Source: Candidatus Bathyarchaeota archaeon (GTDB taxonomy: Archaea > Thermoproteota > Bathyarchaeia > Bathyarchaeales > Bathycorpusculaceae). Taken from it: a DNA stretch of 64,000 nucleotides. Shown here in pieces: positions 20,588 through 28,849 of this stretch. The position numbers and the translations under genes are program-made. The DNA is taken from assembly GCA_963715865.1 (NCBI GenBank), contig OY970280.1:1824001-1888000 (forward strand). The letters are read 5' to 3'. Within the stretch, counting starts at the first letter, position 1, and each line of letters opens with the position of its first letter. The notes below the pieces were generated by a model that was not told the DNA's origin, did no database searches, and saw only the letters and a list, made by a program, of their open reading frames with translations.

Positions 20588-21331
20588 TTGATTATAATGG
20601 AGCCCATAGACGTTGCCATTCTCACAATGAACAGCGAACGAATGTTGAGGGAATGTATTAATTCTGTTTACAAGAACCTACCAGTTAACAACCTGATTAT
20701 TATTGACGGCTACTCCACTGACACTACAGCAGACATAGTGAAGGAGTTCCAAGAAAAATATGGGAACGTTAACTTCGTTCAAGAAAAGGGAACAAGAGGC
20801 AGCGCTAGGCAGAAAGCAATTCAACTGGTAAAAAGTGACTGGTTCATGTTTGTCGACAGCGATGTTATCCTGTCAAAAAACTGGTTTGCCGAGGCGGAAA
20901 AACTAATAAAAGACGACGTGGGCGCAATCTGGGGAATCGAAATTTGGTCGGTGCTAAAAGGAACGAAAGTACTAAAGCTGTTCGAAAGGGTTACACTAAA
21001 AATATTCGAAAAAAGAGGCGGAACCCACGACCTGCTAGTTCGACGAAAAACAGTTGAAGACATCAAAATACCCTATCAGCTGCATACTTACGAGGACGGA
21101 TACATCAAATCATGGATCGACAAAAAAGGCTACAAGGTACTAGGCGTCTATGAACCCTACTGCGTCCATTTTCGGTCAGATTCCGTGTGGACAACCAAAA
21201 AACACATCGAATTCATGGTCAGCGACCTTAAGTACGCGGTTCACCGCCCCATACTTCTACTTTCGTACGGCTTCTACTCAGCCATCGTTGCTTACCAAAT
21301 CGTCTCAAGCAAATTCAAGCGAACAAGCTAA
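20588..21331 (+). CDS. Glycosyltransferase family 2
   Basis: IIDGYSTDTT, ARQKAI, FVDSD, YEDG. Confidence 0.9.
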   Translation: MIIMEPIDVAILTMNSERMLRECINSVYKNLPVNNLIIIDGYSTDTTADIVKEFQEKYGNVNFVQEKGTRGSARQKAIQLVKSDWFMFVDSDVILSKNWFAEAEKLIKDDVGAIWGIEIWSVLKGTKVLKLFERVTLKIFEKRGGTHDLLVRRKTVEDIKIPYQLHTYEDGYIKSWIDKKGYKVLGVYEPYCVHFRSDSVWTTKKHIEFMVSDLKYAVHRPILLLSYGFYSAIVAYQIVSSKFKRTS

Positions 21332-21519
21332 AAAAGTAAACACAGAGACCTTTCGTCATCAATAATTTTGACAACAAGATCAAAAAAACCAACAGTTCAA
21401 AAAGGGCAAAGATTCGACAAGATTTTTCGCTTCAAGCTTATTCACGATCACGACATGCCTGGTTTCTCAAAAATATTGTGGGAAATAGTGAGTGAGCATA
21501 AAAAATGCTGCTATACCAG

Positions 21520-22074
21520 CTATTTCACTGTCACTTTGTGCTTTTTAGGTGCGGGTGCAATCGTCTTCTTTGGGATGGAGACTTCGAGTAATCCGTCCTT
21601 AAATGTGGATTCAGCTTTCTCAGGGATTACTTCTTCGGGGAACGACAGCTGTTTGTAAATATGCGAGTAAACGCGTTCTCTGATAACAAAGTTCTTCTCC
21701 TTGTCTTCTTTTTCAACATCTGTTTCAGCCGAGATTTCTATACCATTCTTCGTCAGGGCTACGTCGATCTTGTCTTTAGCTACGCCAGGCATCTCAGCAT
21801 GCACCACAAACTTGTTTCCCTCATCAACCAGATCTACAGTTGCCTCACGGACCGGAACAACAGGTTCAAGACTAATCCACTCAAATGGAAAAGCTATACT
21901 TTCAATGAAATTTTTGCGAAAATTATCCATCAAATCGTCAAACGTCGTCAGAACATGAACTGCAGGAACTTGTTTGACAGGAATGCGTTTAGCAGGAACA
22001 ATTTTAACAGGTTTTACTGTGACACCAGCTTTTGCGATCGCCTTCACCGGCGCCTTTTTTTCTTCTTTAATCAC
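21520..22074 (-). CDS. Small heat-shock protein (Hsp20)
   Basis: VDLVDEG, AEMPGVAKDKIDV, ERVY, FKDGLLEVSIPK. Confidence 0.92.
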   Translation of the reverse strand: MIKEEKKAPVKAIAKAGVTVKPVKIVPAKRIPVKQVPAVHVLTTFDDLMDNFRKNFIESIAFPFEWISLEPVVPVREATVDLVDEGNKFVVHAEMPGVAKDKIDVALTKNGIEISAETDVEKEDKEKNFVIRERVYSHIYKQLSFPEEVIPEKAESTFKDGLLEVSIPKKTIAPAPKKHKVTVK

Positions 22075-22220
22075 TTTTTTTCACCTCAATTAATCTATTA
22101 TTAGAAAACTAAGAATACGAGAATCAACTGTTGCCTGAGCTATTTTTGGATCGCCACAGTCCTCTTTTGCGTTATTGCTGCCGTTTTAATCCGACGCGGG
22201 AAAGGAAACTTCTGCAGAAT

Positions 22221-22364
22221 CTATTCTTTCCTGGCAATCCACTTTCTTACTGCTTCTTCGACAGCTTTAGACAAGTCGCCTTTTTTCCCGCCGAACCTCT
22301 CGACTGTTTTAAATCTGAGCTGCTTTTCCAACTCATCCGGGAGATCTACGCTGATTCGACCCAT
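22221..22364 (-). CDS. Small RHH/CopG-like DNA-binding protein (47 aa); not in ORF track
   Basis: MGRISVDLPDELEKQLRFKTVERFGGKKGDLSKAVEEAVRKWIARKE. Confidence 0.8.
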   Translation of the reverse strand: MGRISVDLPDELEKQLRFKTVERFGGKKGDLSKAVEEAVRKWIARKE

Positions 22365-22378
22365 ATTCAATCGCCAAC

Positions 22379-22477
22379 TTAGATTTTTTGTTGCACGGTT
22401 CCACGTGTCAAGCGTTCTTCCAATAAGCGAGCTGCCAAACGCCGAATTCTATTTCTGTTTGAGTTATCACTTTTCAT
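22379..22477 (-). CDS. Possible 32-aa basic peptide upstream of the RHH gene
   Basis: ATG preceded by AAGGTGA: MKSDNSNRNRIRRLAARLLEERLTRGTVQQKI. Confidence 0.3.
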   Translation of the reverse strand: MKSDNSNRNRIRRLAARLLEERLTRGTVQQKI

Positions 22478-22661
22478 TCACCTTTTCGCTTATTAGCTTA
22501 TCAACATAAGCTACTATGTGATTACGCTCTTATATAGGTATTGGCTTAACCTAACTTCTTGTTCAATCTTTTGTTCAAAGTGTGCTGCCATGTTTCCATG
22601 GTGAGATAAATGCGTCAATTACATAAAGGATGCTTGATTTTTCAAAAATTTACTGGTGAGA

Positions 22662-22749
22662 TGGTGCAGGGGGTGGGATTTGAACCCACGAACGCCTACG
22701 CGATAGGGTCCTAAGCCCTACTCCGTTGACCAGGCTTGGAGACCCCTGC
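22662..22749 (-). tRNA. tRNA-Leu(TAG), CCA encoded
   Basis: GCAGGGG/CCCCTGC acceptor, TAGGG-CT TAG GA-CCCTA anticodon arm, long variable arm, GGTTCAAATCC T-loop. Confidence 0.97.
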
Positions 22750-22915
22750 CGTGGCTTCAGCGTTGAGAATACGTTTAGCCGCCTTTAATATTTATTTGCC
22801 CCTCAAGCTTTTGCGGTTTCAGCGTATTTCCGCAGGTTTATTCCGTTGAGAAAATTCTGGTTGACCGTAAGCTCTTTATTTCATATCGCATGTTGTTTCA
22901 AAGAGAAATGGATTT

Positions 22916-22992
22916 GCCTCGGTAGCCTAGCCCGGTGGGGCGTTACCTTGGTAAGGTAATGGTCGCGGGTCCAAATCCCGCCCGAGGCTCCA
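22916..22992 (+). tRNA. tRNA-Thr(GGT), CCA encoded
   Basis: GCCTCGG/CCGAGGC acceptor, TTACC-TT GGT AA-GGTAA anticodon arm, U discriminator; T-loop reads TCCAAAT. Confidence 0.95.
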
Positions 22993-23029
22993 CTTAACTT
23001 TCCCGAAATAAGCGCTTTTTAAGCTCTTT

Positions 23030-23416
23030 TTGAGCATCATAAAGATCGCTTTGATTGCTTCTCAAGGTGACGCCCGGAAGGCCTTGGAGATAGTAAGGAA
23101 GGCCGGAAAGAAGGACAAAATCAGATACTTGAATGAAGTAACCATAAAGGAGCTTAAGGAGGCAATAGCTGAAGCTAACAAGTTCAAGATGATTTATCCT
23201 ATAGACAAGCTGAACGAGCATCAAAAAGCGATTTACGAAATTCTTGAGAAAAACAGGAAAATGACCTCCGGTTCTCTCTACGGTGAATATCGGGCTCATA
23301 CTCAAACTCCAGTGGTTGACAGAGCATACCGCAATTATATGTGCAGAATGGAAGGGCTTGGGCTGATCAAGTCAGAGGGCAAAGGCCGATGGAAGAGCTA
23401 CGAAATCGTAACATAA
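23030..23416 (+). pseudogene. C-terminal fragment of Orc1/Cdc6 (lid plus winged helix)
   Basis: GDARKAL sensor-II, LNEHQKAIY, SGSLYGEY, MEGLGLI; no Walker A/B, and no room for them between the tRNA and the fragment. Confidence 0.75.
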
Positions 23417-23566
23417 GTTTTATTGAGTTGTTCTGGAGATTTTAGGAAAGCTTGAAATTGAAGCAAGATTTTCGTTGAAATTGGAAAACAAGGTGAAAAA
23501 CCCGATTGGGAGCGGAGGCTTTAGAGAAAGGTTATTAATAAAAGTAGAGAGAACTATTTAGTTTAT

Positions 23567-24904
23567 ATGACACCGCCTTGCTCGCCCAGTCTGTTAAAGA
23601 TGCCTGAAAATATGCCTGTTTGCCAAAATGAAGCTCTGCTAAGCAATCTCTTTACGAAAGGCTGGGGAAAAGACGTTGTGCATGTTGATTTTAGAAAGAT
23701 GATGTCGAACCTAAATGAAAGAAATCGTGCCACGCACCTAATCCATCGTTATCCAGCGAAATTAATCCATCACATACCAAATCTCTTCATAGGAAATAGC
23801 ATGTTTTCAAAACCCGGTGAGGTTGTGGCTGACACTTTTTGTGGTTCAGGAACTGTTCTTTTGGAGGCAATGTTATCACAACGCAACGCCGTAGGATTTG
23901 AACTAAACCCAATATCTGCGTTGATATCAAAAGTAAAAACTACCCCGCTAGACCCTTTAATGCTTCAAACCAAAGCGGAAAGGTTATTCCGAATAATTGA
24001 AGAATGTAATTCAGAGGGTGAAGCAGAGTGGTTTCCGAACATCGATTTTTGGTTCACCCCCAAAGGTCGAAAAGACTTGACTAAAATCAAGAAGGCAATT
24101 CACTATGCTGGCTTCGAACGCGATTTCACTGATTTCTTCTTGGTGTGCTTTTCTTCAATAGTGCGTACAGTCTCAAATGCTGATCCTAGAATTAGCCCAC
24201 CTGTCTATTCAAAGAGAATGCATAAAATGCTGAAGGGAAAAAGGAGACCTGACGCTGTTAAGTGTTTTAGAGAAAGTGTTAAAATAAACATTCAAAGGAT
24301 GGAAAAATTCTGGAATCTTTGGGATCATTCCTGTTCAACAAAAGTACGCAATTGTGATTCTAGAAAGTTGACAATAGCTGATGAATGTGTAGACTTAGTG
24401 ATTACTTCGCCACCGTACATGAGTGCCCAGAAATATTTTCGATCAATGAGACTAGAATTCTTCTGGTTAGACCTTGGTACAAGTGATGAATTTGTTTCTT
24501 TGGATTCCAAGGCGATTGGAACTGAGAGAATCAAATCAAAAGATTATTCTGAGTTTCAAAAAACTGGAATAGAAAAGGCAGACACATTATTGGAAGACAT
24601 CTTCAAGGAGAATCCCGAAAGGGCGTACATGGCTGCTAAGTATTTTAATGATATGCGTTTGGTTTCAGACGAAGTTTACCGTGTTCTGAAAGAAGGAAAG
24701 TTTTTCGTAATGGTAGTTGGCAATAATAGTGTTTGCAGTCGAAGATTTCCATCGCATGAGATTGTGTCTGAGATAGCTGCAAAGAGTGGCTTTAACAAGG
24801 AGCTTATGCTCGTAGACAACATAAAATCAAGAGGATTAATGACTAAACGAAACAAAACGGCTGGGATTATCAGCTCAGAATGGGTTTTGATCTTAAGGAA
24901 GTAG
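23567..24904 (+). CDS. Amino-DNA methyltransferase, probably N4-cytosine (motif I before motif IV)
   Basis: HRYPAK, DTFCGSGT (SAM-binding), ELNP, TSPPY (catalytic), IGTE, RVLKEG. Confidence 0.92.
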   Translation: MTPPCSPSLLKMPENMPVCQNEALLSNLFTKGWGKDVVHVDFRKMMSNLNERNRATHLIHRYPAKLIHHIPNLFIGNSMFSKPGEVVADTFCGSGTVLLEAMLSQRNAVGFELNPISALISKVKTTPLDPLMLQTKAERLFRIIEECNSEGEAEWFPNIDFWFTPKGRKDLTKIKKAIHYAGFERDFTDFFLVCFSSIVRTVSNADPRISPPVYSKRMHKMLKGKRRPDAVKCFRESVKINIQRMEKFWNLWDHSCSTKVRNCDSRKLTIADECVDLVITSPPYMSAQKYFRSMRLEFFWLDLGTSDEFVSLDSKAIGTERIKSKDYSEFQKTGIEKADTLLEDIFKENPERAYMAAKYFNDMRLVSDEVYRVLKEGKFFVMVVGNNSVCSRRFPSHEIVSEIAAKSGFNKELMLVDNIKSRGLMTKRNKTAGIISSEWVLILRK

Positions 24905-24907
24905 AAA

Positions 24908-25900
24908 ATGTTTAACATAGCACTATCTGATATGGCTGTAGAACCGAAGAAAATAGATAAATTAGACAACCTAGCTAATTCAGAGATTACCGTACGCGGG
25001 TATGATATCGAAAAAGTGGGTGTACCTGCAGACCTAAGAAGAAAAGAATTGTATTTACCTGTTAATATGATTGTTGGCGATTACTGCCCCAACGACAGAT
25101 ACCTGTACCTGAAGAAGCATAAACCGGAGCTAAGGCCAGAACCAACTTGGGAGGTATTTAAAGGCAGAGTTGTTGATGAACTCTACAGTGACTTGTTCAA
25201 AGAACTTTCTTCCTATATTGAGAAATCAAATTCTGCAACTCTGCAAATAAGAGAAGAATTGGAAAATTTCAAAGCTGCACGAATAAAGAAAACCCAAGAA
25301 TTGTTTGAAAAAGAAAAAAACAAGCTGATGAACACTCCAACAGAAGTCGAGTTTAAGAGTTTCCTAACTGGCTTAAGTAAAATAATACGTTATGAAATAC
25401 AGTTATGCAGTGCAATAATGGATTTTAGAGTATCAACCAAAAAAGACATTAACATAAAAGCAGAGTTCTCACTACTTTTTCCTTTTATCCCTAAACCTAA
25501 ACTAAAAGCGCCAGAACTGGGTTTTTCAGAGGGAGCAGAACCTGATTTCATATACAGGAACCGAGTAATATGTGACGTGAAAACAGGGCAGTGGCGCGAT
25601 TCCTTTCTCTTGACTCTAGCGGCATATGCATTAGCATACGAGAATGAAAATAAGAAACCGATGAACTTAGGGGTTATCATTAATCCTGTGCTTCAAAGTA
25701 ATAGAAACGTGCCTCTGTATCATGCGGAAATAATAATTATTGAAGATAGATACAGGAAAATCGTTAAAACCTTAAGAGATCAAAAACTGGAATTCATGAA
25801 AAATGCAAAGGACCCCGATAAGCCCAAGGACGAAGCGAACTGTGTTTCCTGCGGCTTTCATAACAATTTCTGTTGGAGAGAAACAAATGACACAGACTAG
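24908..25900 (+). CDS. Csa1/Cas4-like PD-(D/E)xK nuclease with predicted 4Fe-4S cluster
   Basis: YCPNDRYLYLKK, EPDFI, DVKTG, LTLAAYALAYE, C-terminal CVSC-x6-C. Confidence 0.8.
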   Translation: MFNIALSDMAVEPKKIDKLDNLANSEITVRGYDIEKVGVPADLRRKELYLPVNMIVGDYCPNDRYLYLKKHKPELRPEPTWEVFKGRVVDELYSDLFKELSSYIEKSNSATLQIREELENFKAARIKKTQELFEKEKNKLMNTPTEVEFKSFLTGLSKIIRYEIQLCSAIMDFRVSTKKDINIKAEFSLLFPFIPKPKLKAPELGFSEGAEPDFIYRNRVICDVKTGQWRDSFLLTLAAYALAYENENKKPMNLGVIINPVLQSNRNVPLYHAEIIIIEDRYRKIVKTLRDQKLEFMKNAKDPDKPKDEANCVSCGFHNNFCWRETNDTD

Positions 25901-26738
25901 GATTCCTTCTACTAAAGCTTCACCAGATTTATTGATTGACTTGATGAAAATCATAGATAAGCATACAGGTAATCTTGAACTGATGAAGAAAGAAATTCAC
26001 AAATATCTATTAGACAAGTCAGTCAGAGGAAAAAGAGACGAATACAATTCAGTATATGCGATAACGTTTCCAACTCTAAAGCGCCTAGAGCTTATAGATG
26101 GAAAAGGTTCAGAGGTTCACCTAAGCCCAGATGGGAGAACATTATTAGATATTTTTGAAAAGGATGGTATCTTACAGTATAAGAAAAATCTCGCCAAATT
26201 ATTGTTGCGCATAGACGCTGAAAAAGCTCTTGTGATCGAGAATCTTCTGCTTCTGAACAAGCCCAAGATTTCCCTGAAAGAACTCGTTACCGCTTTGAAA
26301 GATGCTGGTGTGGAAACAAGTGAGAAAGATGATAGACTTCTGAAATGGTTGCGATTCTTGAAATTTGTTGATTTTATTGAAAATGACGGAAAGGATTTTC
26401 TGATAAATGCCTTCCAAATCAAGTCAATCAGGGAAGGAAAGAAACCGGTTGACTTTAACACCTTTCTAGATGCTCTTTTCGACGAATATCAAAAATTGGT
26501 GATTAAGAACAGAGGCAACATCTATGTCAAAATTCCAGATTTGCAAAGACGCGTATGTGAGCGTTTAGGAAATCTTCGTTTCACAACATTTGACTTTCGT
26601 GACTATCTGATAAAACTGAAAAGAACTAACATTCGCGGAAAAAAAGTAATCTTTTCTAAACCGGGGGCCAGAGAGATGGGCGGTTTAAAAATAGACAAAG
26701 CCTATTACTATTATATATCAGTATATAAAATTGAGTGA
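25887..26738 (+). CDS. Winged-helix-type DNA-binding protein, unknown family (start revised from 25803)
   Basis: PTLKRLELI...HLSPDGRTLL and LKWLRFLKFVDFIE wHTH-like patterns; ATG at 25887 overlaps the nuclease end. Confidence 0.7.
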   Translation: MTQTRIPSTKASPDLLIDLMKIIDKHTGNLELMKKEIHKYLLDKSVRGKRDEYNSVYAITFPTLKRLELIDGKGSEVHLSPDGRTLLDIFEKDGILQYKKNLAKLLLRIDAEKALVIENLLLLNKPKISLKELVTALKDAGVETSEKDDRLLKWLRFLKFVDFIENDGKDFLINAFQIKSIREGKKPVDFNTFLDALFDEYQKLVIKNRGNIYVKIPDLQRRVCERLGNLRFTTFDFRDYLIKLKRTNIRGKKVIFSKPGAREMGGLKIDKAYYYYISVYKIE

Positions 26739-27892
26739 TTGACTTGAAAATAAGAGACTATGGTTTCAAAGAGACTCCTTTCCTTGAAGAGTCATTAGAC
26801 TATGATATGCGAGGACGCAAAGAGGAATGGGATAAAATCGAGCATTTGCTCAACAGAGCTTTGACAGAAACGGGTCCAAAGACCATTTTGATTCAAGGTG
26901 ATTATGGATATGGGAAAACGTTCACACTAGAAAAAATAGTTGCAGCTTTTGCGAAGAAAAAGTTCGAAAATGCGGATAAGAGCATAATCGCTTCAATACG
27001 ATTGGCCGAGAGCGAGCCTGAAGCACGGATAGGGCTTTCATTTGTCACAAAGATATTTTATGAAGTAGGGTTTGACAAACTGGTAGAGATTGCAAAGCAA
27101 CTAGACAAAAAGAGTCTTGCTATTGATGCTACCACTCTGAGAATATTTAGCGCTCTTAAAGAGAAAAAATATTCAGCATTCGAGTGGCTTGTGGGAGAAT
27201 CAATTTCAGCCGAGGAGAAAAAAGAGCTTGGAATAAAAAGAATATTATCGAAAAGCTCGCCTGCAATTAAAGTTCTTTACGATTTTCTAAAGATTCTAAA
27301 GGCTGTCGGATATCATAATCTGGTAGTCCTTATTGACGAGTTCGAATATGTTGTGAATGTATATTCTGAAAAGCAAATTACAACAATTCTACATACATTT
27401 AAGGAAATATATGACGAGTTCGTAAGAGTTCGGACAAGAAAGGGGGAAATGTCCAATTTTGTATTTGTCATTGCAATGACCCCCAAAGGATGGGACTATC
27501 TGACTGAAACAGAGGCCAAGTTGAGCAGAAAGACCGGTGGAGGGGGAATAACCCCTTGGATGGACAGAATTAGGTCTGAATTATTCAATGTAGTGTTGAA
27601 ACCTCTCGGAAAAGCCGAGACGATTGAAATGATAAACGATAGAATTGAGAAAAAAAGGATTGACTACAAAAAGTTCCCTTACAAGACATTCCCGTTCATT
27701 CATCCAGACTTTTTTGACGTAATATATGCCTCATCGGAAGGCATCCCTCGCAATATACTCCGACACTGTGATATAGTTATGGACAATGCCTTGAGAGAAG
27801 AGGTAAAAGAAATTAATGGGGAATATGCCAAGAAGATTCTCAAAGAGTTTGCGATCTATTCTGAGGAAGTTAAGACAAAAAGAAAGGAATAG
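26735..27892 (+). CDS. P-loop AAA-type ATPase, BrxC/BrxD/Orc1-like
   Basis: PF...MRGR N-terminus, Walker A GDYGYGKT, Walker B VLIDEFE, GIPRNIL sensor; GTGA overlap with the previous stop. Confidence 0.88.
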   Translation: MIDLKIRDYGFKETPFLEESLDYDMRGRKEEWDKIEHLLNRALTETGPKTILIQGDYGYGKTFTLEKIVAAFAKKKFENADKSIIASIRLAESEPEARIGLSFVTKIFYEVGFDKLVEIAKQLDKKSLAIDATTLRIFSALKEKKYSAFEWLVGESISAEEKKELGIKRILSKSSPAIKVLYDFLKILKAVGYHNLVVLIDEFEYVVNVYSEKQITTILHTFKEIYDEFVRVRTRKGEMSNFVFVIAMTPKGWDYLTETEAKLSRKTGGGGITPWMDRIRSELFNVVLKPLGKAETIEMINDRIEKKRIDYKKFPYKTFPFIHPDFFDVIYASSEGIPRNILRHCDIVMDNALREEVKEINGEYAKKILKEFAIYSEEVKTKRKE

Positions 27893-27974
27893 ACAAGAAA
27901 ATGTAGAAATTGAAATGACGGTTTAAACGACTCTGTGAAGCTAGCCCTCGGCACCATCAGGGGTACTTTGAACC

Positions 27975-28673
27975 TTAGCTAGAGCGCTCAAGCTTTATGG
28001 TTATGTTGGATTTATCGTCTTTCAGTATGGGCGAGATTCCAATTAGTCCATCTATCGTATGTATTCCTATCTGCGAATAAGGGCTCATACTTGGATACTT
28101 CGGCTGGATTTCACGTGTTAGTTTAGCGATGACACTCCAATGATACTGGATGCTTTCAGACAATGTTGAAAAGTCCTTTGAGTGTTTAATTGCCTTCAAC
28201 AGAAAGTCGCTTATGATATCAGCTTCTTCTTTGGTTGCTTCAACGGGACAGATGAGTGCAGGATTATTATCTTCGTACAAGCCTATCTCATCTCCGATTA
28301 AAGGATGCATGATGCCCAGTCTCAACTTCGGTTTATTCTCAACCAATGTCGTATACGTGAATATCCATCCTGTTAATTCGATGTCCCTTGCAGCTGTCAG
28401 CCAGAATTTTCGTTTATAGCTTATTCGAGCCTCTTTTATCATGCTAATTATTTGATTGGTATTTGTCACTTCTTCCTCTTTCAGTCTTCCTTTAACAATG
28501 TCTAAGAGTTGTACACTTCCGGCTCCTGTAATTAAGCCACATTTTGTTTTTTGGATTTTTTCGGAATCATCAATATAAGTGCACACGCTGCCATCCAAAT
28601 TGTACTGAGTAGTGCGGGTGTCAGCAGCAACCAAGGCATAGTTTCCAAAATTCACGCCTAACGCTATTGTCAT
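27975..28673 (-). CDS. Proteasome-beta-like Ntn-hydrolase protein (start revised from 28718)
   Basis: MTIALGVNFGNYALVAADTRTT...KIQKTKCGLITGAG follows the Thr1/AADTR/K/GAG pattern of T1 peptidases. Confidence 0.65.
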   Translation of the reverse strand: MTIALGVNFGNYALVAADTRTTQYNLDGSVCTYIDDSEKIQKTKCGLITGAGSVQLLDIVKGRLKEEEVTNTNQIISMIKEARISYKRKFWLTAARDIELTGWIFTYTTLVENKPKLRLGIMHPLIGDEIGLYEDNNPALICPVEATKEEADIISDFLLKAIKHSKDFSTLSESIQYHWSVIAKLTREIQPKYPSMSPYSQIGIHTIDGLIGISPILKDDKSNITIKLERSS

Positions 28674-28814
28674 TTCTTTCCCTCTGCCATAATAATAAGA
28701 TAGGGAATCAGAATACAAATAACCCTAACCCAAGTTAATAACTTCTCAATGCATCCATCTACAGTCCTTTGTGTCATAGATTCACACAAAACTGTCAATT
28801 GTGTTTTACGAGTT

Positions 28815-28849
28815 TGGTCGCGAGTCTAAAGCTAGCCCGAGGCTCCACT
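28815..28849 (+). repeat. att-like copy of tRNA-Thr 3' end
   Basis: TGGTCGCGAGTCTAAAGCTAGCCCGAGGCTCCACT versus tRNA 22960-22994. Confidence 0.85.

Larger units (their letters stand above)
17114..22688. mobile_element. Integrase-less genomic islet at tRNA-Leu(TAG), ~5.5 kb
   Basis: Bounded by a direct repeat of the tRNA 3' end; contains small ORFs, an RHH gene, radical SAM, GT2 and Hsp20; no integrase seen. Confidence 0.55.
22960..28849. mobile_element. Integrase-less genomic island at tRNA-Thr(GGT), ~5.9 kb
   Basis: Direct repeat 22960-22994 versus 28815-28849 (30/35 identical, last 15 bp GCCCGAGGCTCCACT exact); visibly AT-richer cargo. Confidence 0.75.

Noticed and set aside
22993-28849. 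Calling the island a BREX or classical type II R-M locus
   Set aside because: No PglZ, PglX-size MTase or BrxL is present, and the nuclease is Cas4-like with two extra coupled genes, so neither label is supported.
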